IMG/VR virus record: IMGVR_UViG_3300021079_000001
Coordinates: 47,401-111,400 of that record
Reading direction: 5' to 3' (one strand)
Length of the DNA stretch: 64,000 nucleotides
From: a virus
Of this stretch, positions 39,800 through 48,798 are shown one piece after another. A program made the position numbers and the translations under genes. The notes under the pieces are model-generated. The model made no database searches. It worked only from the letters and a program-made list of their open reading frames with translations, and had not been told where the DNA came from. Each line of letters begins with the position of its first letter. Positions within the stretch are counted from its first letter, which is position 1.

Positions 39800-39985
39800 C
39801 TATTCAGATTCTATATGATTTTCATGGTAGATTTCTATGAATTTATCCTTTGCAGATTTGTAATCATCGGCTTCTATTACTCTCCAATATCCCCCAGAAT
39901 CTTTTGCTTGCTCTTCTGAATTGTAGGTCACAACTTTCCCCTGATATCTGTTGTAGCCTAATATGTAGTTCTTTGTTTCTTTCAT
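39800..39985 (-). CDS. Small hypothetical protein (HEG target)
   Basis: C-terminus duplicated beyond the HNH gene. Confidence 0.65.
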   Translation of the reverse strand: MKETKNYILGYNRYQGKVVTYNSEEQAKDSGGYWRVIEADDYKSAKDKFIEIYHENHIESE

Positions 39986-39992
39986 TGTGTAT

Positions 39993-41006
39993 CTATATTA
40001 TCTGTTTGTTCTTGAAGTGCTCTACGATCTGTTCCTTCATACCAGCTGCATACATCTCTGCCCAGTCCTTGTAGGGGCTGTAGTTGTCTGGTACATTCAC
40101 ATGTCTCATCCATGGGTGTTTCTCATTGACTCTTCTGGATGCCTGTTTCCCCGGACTATCACTATCATATGATATCCACACCTGTCTACCCTGTAGTATC
40201 TGTAGTAGATCATCTGTCCATGCACTAATGGATTCATTCTGCACTGATATGAGCCCTATAGTATCTGGTAGTATCTGCTCGAGAGTACATCTATCCTTGC
40301 GGCTTTTGCATACAACTACCTTCTCATGACCATTCAATCTGTCTAGCCCTTCTACAACTCGTGTACTGATATTACTTGCTGGCCATTTTTCTCCCTTTCC
40401 TCTCATTGGATAGTACAGCTTGAACTTATCCTCATCTGGTGTACTACCTGGATATCTATAGCAATAGCACAACTCTCCATCATATATAGGTTGCCGTACT
40501 CTATTCAGGTACCATTCTCGAACTGGATATATCTGTTCTCTATCCAGTTGCTCTCTATTGATACCAAACTGCTGCCAGTATCCGAGTGTTCTATCAGACC
40601 ACCTGACAGCAGTAACTTGTATCAGTGCAGCCTTTTTAACAGTGGGAACCCTATCAGAATTGCCTGGAATTACCCTTTTACCCATATCCTGTCCAGATAC
40701 ATCTATCAGGCCCATGTCAGTGGCTATACGAGTGAGAGTCTTGTCATAACTATCCCCATACATCTTCATCACCAGATGGAACACATTACCTCTCTCTTCT
40801 GTTGCAAAATCCTTCCACAATATTGTTCCATCTGATTCGAATATACTCCAACTACCTTCATGTTTATCTGTGCGAATAGGACTTTTCATTTTCCCATGTA
40901 GCACTATATCTGATACGTATTGGGTGTATATCTGCATGACCGATAATCTATCTAGTAACCACTCTGCTGTGATATTCACAACTTCTTTGCGTTTCACCAG
41001 ATTCAT
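39993..41006 (-). CDS. DNA primase (crAss-like, TOPRIM)
   Basis: SPIRTD, WKDFA..GN, CKSRKD, YDSDSPG, KDWAE. Confidence 0.85.
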   Translation of the reverse strand: MNLVKRKEVVNITAEWLLDRLSVMQIYTQYVSDIVLHGKMKSPIRTDKHEGSWSIFESDGTILWKDFATEERGNVFHLVMKMYGDSYDKTLTRIATDMGLIDVSGQDMGKRVIPGNSDRVPTVKKAALIQVTAVRWSDRTLGYWQQFGINREQLDREQIYPVREWYLNRVRQPIYDGELCYCYRYPGSTPDEDKFKLYYPMRGKGEKWPASNISTRVVEGLDRLNGHEKVVVCKSRKDRCTLEQILPDTIGLISVQNESISAWTDDLLQILQGRQVWISYDSDSPGKQASRRVNEKHPWMRHVNVPDNYSPYKDWAEMYAAGMKEQIVEHFKNKQII

Positions 41007-41029
41007 ATCATCAGTTTGTAACTTGTTAC

Positions 41030-41284
41030 CTATTCTTTTCTGCGAAATTCATCTATCAGTATCATATATGAGCTATACAGGTTGAACATCAGTGTACTCC
41101 ATCTGTCTCTGATCTCTTTCACTATTGTTCTCTCACCTGTTATTGGGTCTACTGCCCATCCAATCTGATATAGATCTTGCTCTGGTATTCCATTTGTTTC
41201 TTTCTTCCAATCCTCAGTAGCCAAACACTTCGCTAGTCCTTCACAATCAATTTCACTATATTCTACCTGTTGTCCGTTCTCCAT
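41030..41284 (-). CDS. Hypothetical protein
   Basis: ORF in operon. Confidence 0.5.
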   Translation of the reverse strand: MENGQQVEYSEIDCEGLAKCLATEDWKKETNGIPEQDLYQIGWAVDPITGERTIVKEIRDRWSTLMFNLYSSYMILIDEFRRKE

Positions 41285-41307
41285 TCTGTTGTATTTGTTG
41301 TTATCTA

Positions 41308-41994
41308 TTATAGTGCCTGTATTGACTGTATTGCTTCACCCTTGGCCGTATCTATAGCTTTCTGCATCTGGATCAGTATTTCCCTAGCACTCTTGCTAAG
41401 AGCCTCTGGTAGCTCTATATCTGCTATTGCATTATCTACATACTCTATCAGTGTTATTTTCTCTTTCATAGCTGCAACTAGATCCTTTGTATCTACCTTA
41501 CCTGTACTTCTCACTGTAGTAGTACGAGGTGTCCTGGATTTCTTTCCATCTGCTGATAGGGATAATGGTTTTGTTACCGAGTCTATCAGTTGTTGCCTTT
41601 CTGCTATCTGTGTTGTATCTTCTATCATATCTGTTTGTTTGTTGGTTATCTGTTCTGCTATGGTAGTGAGTGTATTAGCTACTTCATTCGGTGTCATTGT
41701 ATCCACACCTATCTGGACATTTGCTGCTATCTGGTCACCTTCTACTGGCGGATTCAATTGTATCCAGTTCTCTATTTGTTCTACTACATAGTCACTTTCA
41801 TCTAGGGTAACTCGTGGATCTTTGTCCAGTGTTTTCTGTATTGTATTTACATCTGCTCCACTATTCCATAATTTCACTATATCTGCTACTACTTCCTTGT
41901 TCAGGTCATCTATATAGAATACTACACTATCATCGCTAATTAGTGATACTGCCTGGTCACCATTCTCGGAAATATACTGCCATTGTTTGTTCAT
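41308..41994 (-). CDS. Hypothetical protein
   Basis: Start moved to MNKQ past RNA rod. Confidence 0.55.
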   Translation of the reverse strand: MNKQWQYISENGDQAVSLISDDSVVFYIDDLNKEVVADIVKLWNSGADVNTIQKTLDKDPRVTLDESDYVVEQIENWIQLNPPVEGDQIAANVQIGVDTMTPNEVANTLTTIAEQITNKQTDMIEDTTQIAERQQLIDSVTKPLSLSADGKKSRTPRTTTVRSTGKVDTKDLVAAMKEKITLIEYVDNAIADIELPEALSKSAREILIQMQKAIDTAKGEAIQSIQAL

Positions 41995-42018
41995 ATCTAT
42001 TCTATTTGTTTGTTTGTC

Positions 42019-42104
42019 AGAGTATATGAGAGTAGTACTGCTCACAGATTCACAATCTATAGATTACTGCCCTGGATCTTGCAATACTACATCTCTTCTA
42101 CTCC
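42019..42104 (-). other. Intergenic RNA rod/hairpin
   Basis: GAGTA..GAGA.GTAGTATTGC pairs with GCAGTACTAC.TCTC..TACTC on minus strand. Confidence 0.5.
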
Positions 42105-42115
42105 TTGGTTGTGAA

Positions 42116-43048
42116 CTAGTAATCTGTATCTGCTATTATATCTGTTGCTGGTATGAAGGTATTGTTAGTTGATTGCTGGAATGTGGCTGCATCAAACTCT
42201 GTCAGTAATCCCATTGTATAACTGCCTTTACAACCATGCTCTACATCTGTAATTTGCTTGTGCCATTTTTCTAGTCCACCTTTCCAATTACCTGTACTAA
42301 CAGCACTATTAACAACCTGCATAGTAGGTGAATAACGGCTACCATCTTTTACCTGCCGACCTAGTATTTCTGGCCAGAATTTCTGTTGGTGTACCAATTG
42401 ACCATCCTTTTCTTTTGTTTGTACATATGCCAGTATCACTATCTCACCTGTTAGAGAATCTTCCTTTGACAGTTTCAACAATGCACGATATTCATCTGTA
42501 ATATACTTATCTACATTGCGAAATAGTTTCTTAGAGTCAAATAGTATATTGGTAGCTGGATCAGAAAACTTCACATTGGATAACCAGGGTTTCAGGAATT
42601 TGTACCAGTCTGCCTCACCAGAGAGCCCTTGCCTAACTATTTTGTCTGCTGTATTCTCCTTGGATTTGAAATCCTGGAAATGTGTGAACCAATCCTGTAG
42701 GTTCTCTAGACTATCTGCACTACCGTTATCTCCAGTCTGAGATACGAACTGCAGTTTTTTCGATGTTGGCCATATCATCAGTTTGTCTGTGATATAGTAT
42801 GGTATACGGAATTTCTGACCAGTGAACTCACTACTAGTAATTTCTACCCATGGTACTATCTGTATCTGTTCATCACCATCTTTCGATTTTCCCTCATACT
42901 CCAATTCCTTCTTCTCTGGATCTACAGTACTATTGTACATTTCTGCAACTGCTGCCCTATCTGGATTAATAGCAATGACCTTTGCCGAGAATATGCCAGT
43001 GAATAATTTACCACCACTTCCTGTATTTGTTTGTTTCACTAATTCCAT
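42116..43048 (-). CDS. Putative single-stranded DNA-binding protein
   Basis: LFTG..KVIAINP N-terminus, acidic/aromatic tail (ADTDY), near Sak4-like ATPase. Confidence 0.55.
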   Translation of the reverse strand: MELVKQTNTGSGGKLFTGIFSAKVIAINPDRAAVAEMYNSTVDPEKKELEYEGKSKDGDEQIQIVPWVEITSSEFTGQKFRIPYYITDKLMIWPTSKKLQFVSQTGDNGSADSLENLQDWFTHFQDFKSKENTADKIVRQGLSGEADWYKFLKPWLSNVKFSDPATNILFDSKKLFRNVDKYITDEYRALLKLSKEDSLTGEIVILAYVQTKEKDGQLVHQQKFWPEILGRQVKDGSRYSPTMQVVNSAVSTGNWKGGLEKWHKQITDVEHGCKGSYTMGLLTEFDAATFQQSTNNTFIPATDIIADTDY

Positions 43049-43071
43049 GTGTCTATTTGTTTTGTTGTTTG

Positions 43072-43257
43072 TTATTTGTAAATTGACTTTTCTATGTGTT
43101 TATCGAATTCTTCTCTGCTAATTACTTTCACTTTGCTATGTTTACATAACCATACTATATATGAGAATACCTCGTCTGTACTGACAGTATCACTCTTTCC
43201 TTTCATTGTATCACGTATCATCTTACCTATATCTGTACGTATTAGTGATTGACTCAT
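43072..43257 (-). CDS. Hypothetical protein
   Basis: ORF in operon. Confidence 0.5.
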   Translation of the reverse strand: MSQSLIRTDIGKMIRDTMKGKSDTVSTDEVFSYIVWLCKHSKVKVISREEFDKHIEKSIYK

Positions 43258-43496
43258 ATGGATTTCATTACTGTTATTATTGAATTTCTGTCTATTTCAT
43301 GTATTTTCACCGTTGCCATCATACTCACGTTGTCATCATATTCACATACTGCTTTACCTGCACATTCTATCACTATACTCTTCCCATATGTACGTAATAG
43401 TAGGGCCAGTGTTTTCGGTGATATTGCATACATATTATCACCTGTTTTGGGTTCTCCTAGCATTTCTTGTATATACTGTTCTGCTGTCTGTATCAT
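43254..43496 (-). CDS. Small protein, paralogue family
   Basis: TAE..YGK.IVIECA..DRNSI. Confidence 0.55.
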   Translation of the reverse strand: MIQTAEQYIQEMLGEPKTGDNMYAISPKTLALLLRTYGKSIVIECAGKAVCEYDDNVSMMATVKIHEIDRNSIITVMKSI

Positions 43497-43714
43497 TGTA
43501 ATTCCTGTTTGAATTTCTCGAATGTATCATAACTATATTCAGCAGTACCATCTTCATCATCTACATATATCATATCTGGCCTAGAGAGTATATGGTCTAT
43601 AACCCCCTTGGCATATTCTCGCATAGCTGCATATACAATACTATCTGTCCATACACCATCTGATTGGTCATGTGCGTATAATAGTCCCATTGCTACTTCT
43701 TTTGCTGTTCTCAT
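43493..43714 (-). CDS. Small protein, paralogue family
   Basis: MRTAKE..MREYAKGVID..KQELQ. Confidence 0.55.
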   Translation of the reverse strand: MRTAKEVAMGLLYAHDQSDGVWTDSIVYAAMREYAKGVIDHILSRPDMIYVDDEDGTAEYSYDTFEKFKQELQ

Positions 43715-43718
43715 ATAT

Positions 43719-44558
43719 CTACTTCTTGTCAGGTGAGATGAAAATTTTGCCCCAGTTTAATGGCCCAGAAAATCCTGTCAAATGTGTAGCACGTACACCA
43801 CCTAATTGTTGGTCATTACCCTTAAATGAAATCATGAATGTACCATCTTCATTCCACACATTAGCAGTTCCGTCCACAAGTCGGGGAAGTATATCGCGCG
43901 TTTTTCCAACCAGGGCTAAATCCTTGATCATTACCTGTTCCTTGTTCTTCTCGGCTATCATCTTATCGGCCACATGGCACACGAATATAGTACATATCTT
44001 TCCCAGATTCTTCAATGCCTCAAATATGTCCAATATAGCAGTCCTACTGTACTGATAGCCAAAACCGTTCGGGAGAGATAATACACTCTGATAATTTGGA
44101 TCAGATGGTGGTAGCATAATTGATTTCTTTGTATTTGGATCTATAACTATCTGCCCTTGGTCATCTGTAACCCGATTGAAATTCTTACCAGCTACACTAT
44201 GCATATATGAAAATGTTCCTACAGCCTCAGCATCAATGTCTAACTGTGAAATAGTATCTATAATTACATAGTCATATGGATATCCTGCTTCTCTGATAGT
44301 CTTTGCTAGTTCTTTTAACCACTTGAATCGGGATACTGGCCCATATGCAGATGGTGGCAGCATTACATTCGCTGTAACAAACTCTGCCCCATCTTCTACA
44401 TCTATCAATAAATGGTTCGGTAATTGACTACATGCAGTTGTCTTACCCGATTTCTCTTTCCCATATATTAGTAGGTTTCTCGGATTCACTGCAGTTGCTT
44501 TTCTTGGTGCTGTAGGTAGAACGATACCTCCTTTCTTTTCTTCTTTGTTTGTTTCCAT
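43719..44558 (-). CDS. Sak4-like AAA ATPase
   Basis: YGKEKSGKTT, LIDVEDG, IIDTIS, FVCH, G.R..HL. Confidence 0.8.
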   Translation of the reverse strand: METNKEEKKGGIVLPTAPRKATAVNPRNLLIYGKEKSGKTTACSQLPNHLLIDVEDGAEFVTANVMLPPSAYGPVSRFKWLKELAKTIREAGYPYDYVIIDTISQLDIDAEAVGTFSYMHSVAGKNFNRVTDDQGQIVIDPNTKKSIMLPPSDPNYQSVLSLPNGFGYQYSRTAILDIFEALKNLGKICTIFVCHVADKMIAEKNKEQVMIKDLALVGKTRDILPRLVDGTANVWNEDGTFMISFKGNDQQLGGVRATHLTGFSGPLNWGKIFISPDKK

Positions 44559-44569
44559 ATGTTGTTTGT

Positions 44570-44776
44570 TTACTTGTTCTTCTTGTCTGTAATGGCTATG
44601 AATGTTTTCCATCGTTCTGCATCTAGCTCATACTCTTCCTGTGCAGCTTTGTATCCGGCTTTCCATGCTCTATATACCTCATTCTCGTTGTACCCATCAG
44701 AGAGTTCGGGAGTCATCCAGTTCTCTGCTTGCTGTATATGAGCCCAACAGGCTGCTTCTATTTCTTGTTCTGTCAT
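44570..44776 (-). CDS. Hypothetical protein
   Basis: AWKAGYKAA motif. Confidence 0.5.
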   Translation of the reverse strand: MTEQEIEAACWAHIQQAENWMTPELSDGYNENEVYRAWKAGYKAAQEEYELDAERWKTFIAITDKKNK

Positions 44777-44778
44777 GG

Positions 44779-44997
44779 TTATTGTAATTCATTTTTCAGT
44801 GTTTCTACTATTTCATCCATATCACTATAGTCCCTATCTGATACTACACTAATAGTTAACCTATCCCGTAGTTCGTCTATAGCTTCTCTGGCATACCGGT
44901 GACATATTTCTGACATCTCAGCATTTCCTATATCTTCCGAATATTTCACATGCATTTCTTTGAACACTTCCTGTGTAATTTCTATCACTGATCTCAT
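44779..44997 (-). CDS. Small protein, paralogue family
   Basis: RYAREAID..LKNELQ. Confidence 0.55.
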   Translation of the reverse strand: MRSVIEITQEVFKEMHVKYSEDIGNAEMSEICHRYAREAIDELRDRLTISVVSDRDYSDMDEIVETLKNELQ

Positions 44998-45218
44998 ATC
45001 TGCTCTGTTTTACTGTCTATGTACTGCTGATACAGTTGCTCCCGAGTGTTAGTTTCTTGTTCGAATGTAGAGCATTTTGTAGTTACCCATTCCAGTACTG
45101 CTATACACTCTTGCCTGGAGTACTTTTCCATATATATTTCAATACTTTCTGTCATTCCATGCTTCTCGGAGATATTCCATAATAGCTTATCCTCTCTTAT
45201 TATCTGTTCTGCTGTCAT
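44994..45218 (-). CDS. Hypothetical protein
   Basis: ATGA overlap with HNH stop (MTAEQII). Confidence 0.55.
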   Translation of the reverse strand: MTAEQIIREDKLLWNISEKHGMTESIEIYMEKYSRQECIAVLEWVTTKCSTFEQETNTREQLYQQYIDSKTEQI

Positions 45219-45979
45219 TCTGTTACTGCTTTTACCTCGTTCATAATACGTTGTCTGGCATTTCTTTTCTTTCTGTAATTGTTTGCACATAATCTACAAT
45301 ATGAGTAGAGACCATCTCCTTTTCTATTTTTTCGACTATGTTTATTGAATTGATCATACAATTTATTTTCACTACACATTCTACATTTTTTGTAGCCTTC
45401 TTTTGGTAAACTGCTTATATAATCTTCATACTCTTTCAACTTTTCAGAGGTCAATACATTCAATCTTGCAAATTCCCCATGGTATTTCAATGCCATTTCA
45501 TTGTATACTACAGCAGCTTCTACTTCTAATTTGCAATTCTTTCTATATGTTACATTATTACAATCTAACTCAGCTACCCAATAACTATATTTTTCACGAT
45601 TCTTTTGTAATGATACACCTTTGTATATGGAAGTAACTTTATCGCTGATTTTTCTTTCACTATTAGCTATATTTTGCCCATTAGTAGCTACTCTCAGATT
45701 ACTTCTCTGATTGTTCAGTGTATTTCTGTCTATATGATCTCCGAATAATTTGGAATCAGTTATAGACAGTATCATTCTATGCATTCGAATAGTTGTATAT
45801 TTTTGTTTACCTTCAAGGTACTCTTTACAGCCACGTCTAGTAACATATATAGCCTCTGTATGATGGTGCTTATAACCACTCCAATTATACTGATTCAACC
45901 ATTCGTAGTCTTCATCATCTACCATTGCATAATTCTCAATAACTGAACCATGTTTTCCACCTAACCATATTTCTTTCAT
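45215..45979 (-). CDS. HNH-AP2 homing endonuclease with C-terminal zinc finger
   Basis: VDDEDY, MHR, DHIDRNTLNNQRSNLR, SIYKGV..AA..YN..A...HGEFA. Confidence 0.92.
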   Translation of the reverse strand: MKEIWLGGKHGSVIENYAMVDDEDYEWLNQYNWSGYKHHHTEAIYVTRRGCKEYLEGKQKYTTIRMHRMILSITDSKLFGDHIDRNTLNNQRSNLRVATNGQNIANSERKISDKVTSIYKGVSLQKNREKYSYWVAELDCNNVTYRKNCKLEVEAAVVYNEMALKYHGEFARLNVLTSEKLKEYEDYISSLPKEGYKKCRMCSENKLYDQFNKHSRKNRKGDGLYSYCRLCANNYRKKRNARQRIMNEVKAVTE

Positions 45980-46088
45980 TCCTATAGACTATTATGGCCT
46001 ACCAGAACTAACTGTATGGTACACAGCTTTGTCCTAATAGGCCAATATCTTGATAACGGGTACCATCCGTTTTGTCTATACAAATGTC
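45980..46088 (-). promoter_or_regulatory. Promoter + kissing-loop leader C
   Basis: GACATTTG; AACGG-ATGGTAC-CCGTT; hairpin TGGCCT..GTACCAT..AGGCCA. Confidence 0.7.
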
Positions 46089-46121
46089 GTACATTTCACT
46101 GGGATTTCCAACTATTTGGTT

Positions 46122-47330
46122 CTACTTTTCTTGTATTATCCTATCTCTATTTGAAGGAAATCCCTGGAAGGGTTTGCTCATTATCTGTTTCTCTTCCCGT
46201 TCTATCTCTGTAGGTAGGAAGTAGCGACCAGTGGTTATCTCCCCATATATAGCATTGTCTATAGGACTCTCTACTGTGATACGGGGCATAGTCTTCAATA
46301 TTCCATATGTTGGGTGCATAGCTATTGGCCATTGTATATTCTCACCATCGAAGTTGTTCTTCAGCATATGTAGTGACCGGTAATAGGTACGTAACTTCTT
46401 GTCTCGTAACTTCTGTAGATCATATCCATTGTGGTCTGCCCTTTCCCCTGCAGGTATATGTGGATATGGGTTGAACATTGCTAATACTATATCTGCTGAT
46501 TTCTGAGTCTGTGAGCTATCTGCGAAGTCACTGAGTTTCGGTACCAGATCCCCTACCAACTTCCGTCTACTGGTATCTGATATAGCCCTGTTCAAGTGCT
46601 GTACTATGATTGGAGAGAATCCGTATATATCTCTAGCTTCATACATAGTTCTATTGAACTTGTCTACTAGTCCTTTTTCTTTCAGGTCCTTCTCCTGATC
46701 CAGTACACTTGCATTGTCCCCTACTATCAGTACTATATGGTTGGGGTGATGTGGTTTGTACTCCCTCTTTGCCAGTATATTGTCCATACTGGTATCTGAC
46801 CTATCCTTGTCTATTATAGTACCGTGTTTCCTGGCGAATGCTTCTATATACTTGCTGATACCTGTAGGGTTGTGACTTCCTTGGAATGCTATCAGTAGAT
46901 CATCCTTCTCCCACTCATCTAGTATTTCACTGTACTTTTCCAACAGAGCATATTCCTCATCAGATAGCTGTTCATTCACCTTTCTACCCAGTATCCGTTT
47001 CGGATGTATCTCTCTACCTGTTTCTTCATATATCTTTCTGGAGATCCAGCGGCTACTGTATGCCGTCATACGCCTTTCCATCAGGAACGATATCACAGAT
47101 AACTTCATCCCTACCGGTTTGTGTTTCAGGTACCATTCTATAGGATCTATGATGAATGTAGTCTGTGCGAGAGTTGTCTTACCTGCAGTAGGCTCTCCAC
47201 CTATCAACACCATAGTACTCTTGCCTATCTCCATATAGTCACATACCCTATCTAGATTTATCGGTATAGTGCCTCCACCTGGTGCTCTACCAGCTTTGAT
47301 CTCTTCTAATAGGTCCTGTCTGAGGCTCAT
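46122..47330 (-). CDS. Replicative DnaB-like (SF4) helicase
   Basis: GGEPTAGKT, FLME, QHLNR, SDFADS..ADIV, LKN. Confidence 0.85.
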   Translation of the reverse strand: MSLRQDLLEEIKAGRAPGGGTIPINLDRVCDYMEIGKSTMVLIGGEPTAGKTTLAQTTFIIDPIEWYLKHKPVGMKLSVISFLMERRMTAYSSRWISRKIYEETGREIHPKRILGRKVNEQLSDEEYALLEKYSEILDEWEKDDLLIAFQGSHNPTGISKYIEAFARKHGTIIDKDRSDTSMDNILAKREYKPHHPNHIVLIVGDNASVLDQEKDLKEKGLVDKFNRTMYEARDIYGFSPIIVQHLNRAISDTSRRKLVGDLVPKLSDFADSSQTQKSADIVLAMFNPYPHIPAGERADHNGYDLQKLRDKKLRTYYRSLHMLKNNFDGENIQWPIAMHPTYGILKTMPRITVESPIDNAIYGEITTGRYFLPTEIEREEKQIMSKPFQGFPSNRDRIIQEK

Positions 47331-47334
47331 AGTT

Positions 47335-47922
47335 CTATTGCTTGTTTGCTAACTTGTTCATTGCTATTTGACGTATTTGCCATACCAGTTGCTCACTATT
47401 CCATTTCTGTATTGTCCGAGGAGCTTCTAATCTACCATCTATCAGTATCTGTAATTCCCGGTAACTGAACATTGGTTTGTTATCCGCTATGTATATATTC
47501 AATACATCAGCATTCTTCCAGTATTGATAATTGTCTACATCGTATGAGATACATTCTGGGCATGGTTCTATGGTTTCTGTTGTCCAGTCATTCACATTCA
47601 GCCTTTCCAACCATATACTGTCTCCCTGATATACTTGTACACCATCCATAGTAGACATCAGCCATTTCTTTTTCTCACTATCATTCCTCGTACCTTCCTG
47701 CTGTAGTATATTGTGTATAGTATCTGCTACTGCCGGTGTCACTATATAGCATACACCATCTATCTGCATATCTACCTTTTCCTGTACTGGTTCTTGTTGC
47801 TGATCCCATAACCCCTGTTCCTGTAGGTACTGTATGATTTCATCTATACATTGTCCATCTGATTTTCTACCATTATCTTGTACTATACTGCGGATAACGG
47901 CTGCTAACTTTGTTGTTTCCAT
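47335..47922 (-). CDS. Hypothetical protein with T.DG...GD domain
   Basis: LMSTMDGVQVYQGD, shared with 53826-54950. Confidence 0.55.
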   Translation of the reverse strand: METTKLAAVIRSIVQDNGRKSDGQCIDEIIQYLQEQGLWDQQQEPVQEKVDMQIDGVCYIVTPAVADTIHNILQQEGTRNDSEKKKWLMSTMDGVQVYQGDSIWLERLNVNDWTTETIEPCPECISYDVDNYQYWKNADVLNIYIADNKPMFSYRELQILIDGRLEAPRTIQKWNSEQLVWQIRQIAMNKLANKQ

Positions 47923-47924
47923 AT

Positions 47925-48482
47925 TTATGCACAGTTGTTATTAGTTTCTGTATATTCTTCCTCTTCTTCAGTACCTATCATAGCCTCATAACGGGCCTGT
48001 CTGATCCACACTTCGAGACTTGGAAGGTACTGCATACCATTATTACCACTCTCATAGCTCTCTTCCTTGACCATCTGTATCTGTTTCCTTACTGCTCCTA
48101 GTATCTGGTCATGTGTTACACTACCTACAGCTACTGCTTTTAGATATAACATCTCACACACTTGGTAGTTAGCACGTAACACTCTAGAACTTTTCCAACT
48201 TATTCCTCTGTAGGAAAATGATGCACTAGATGGATATGCATCCCAAATGGTTTGAAATTTACTATCTACTACTATTGGTTTCTTTTTCTCTTTGACTGTA
48301 CCTGTATCTACCAGATATTCATCTAATTTCAAACTCATCAATATACCACTAATAGTACCTACGGTAACTGCTCTGGTTGTTTTTCCATTGACCAATGTAG
48401 TTACATCCAGAGAACCTTCATTCTTCAATTTCTCTGCTATATATTGCATCAATTTGGCAAAATCACTATTTGTTATTTGCAT
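47925..48482 (-). CDS. Replication initiator/helicase-loader-like protein
   Basis: FQTIWDAYP and ..SLEVWI.Q.RYE motifs; upstream of helicase. Confidence 0.55.
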   Translation of the reverse strand: MQITNSDFAKLMQYIAEKLKNEGSLDVTTLVNGKTTRAVTVGTISGILMSLKLDEYLVDTGTVKEKKKPIVVDSKFQTIWDAYPSSASFSYRGISWKSSRVLRANYQVCEMLYLKAVAVGSVTHDQILGAVRKQIQMVKEESYESGNNGMQYLPSLEVWIRQARYEAMIGTEEEEEYTETNNNCA

Positions 48483-48798
48483 CTGTAATTTGATTTGTTG
48501 TAGAAGAAATTGGGTACACAATGTACATAATTTCTCCCACAATTGCTAGTAAATTATTGCATATTTTTCACTATTATCTGAACCATAAATACCTAATCAG
48601 TGCTATACCAGTACATATCACTATAGCTAGTACGAACCACCTGGTAAATGGGTCTCTATTGTCTTCATCTGTTGTACTATCGAATGTATTCATTATACCT
48701 AATTGGATGTTTGTTTGATCGAGAGTATGTCTAATTTGTTTGTCATATTGTTTGATTTTGTTGTACTAGAATAATTCAATAATCCCTCGCTCTCTAAT

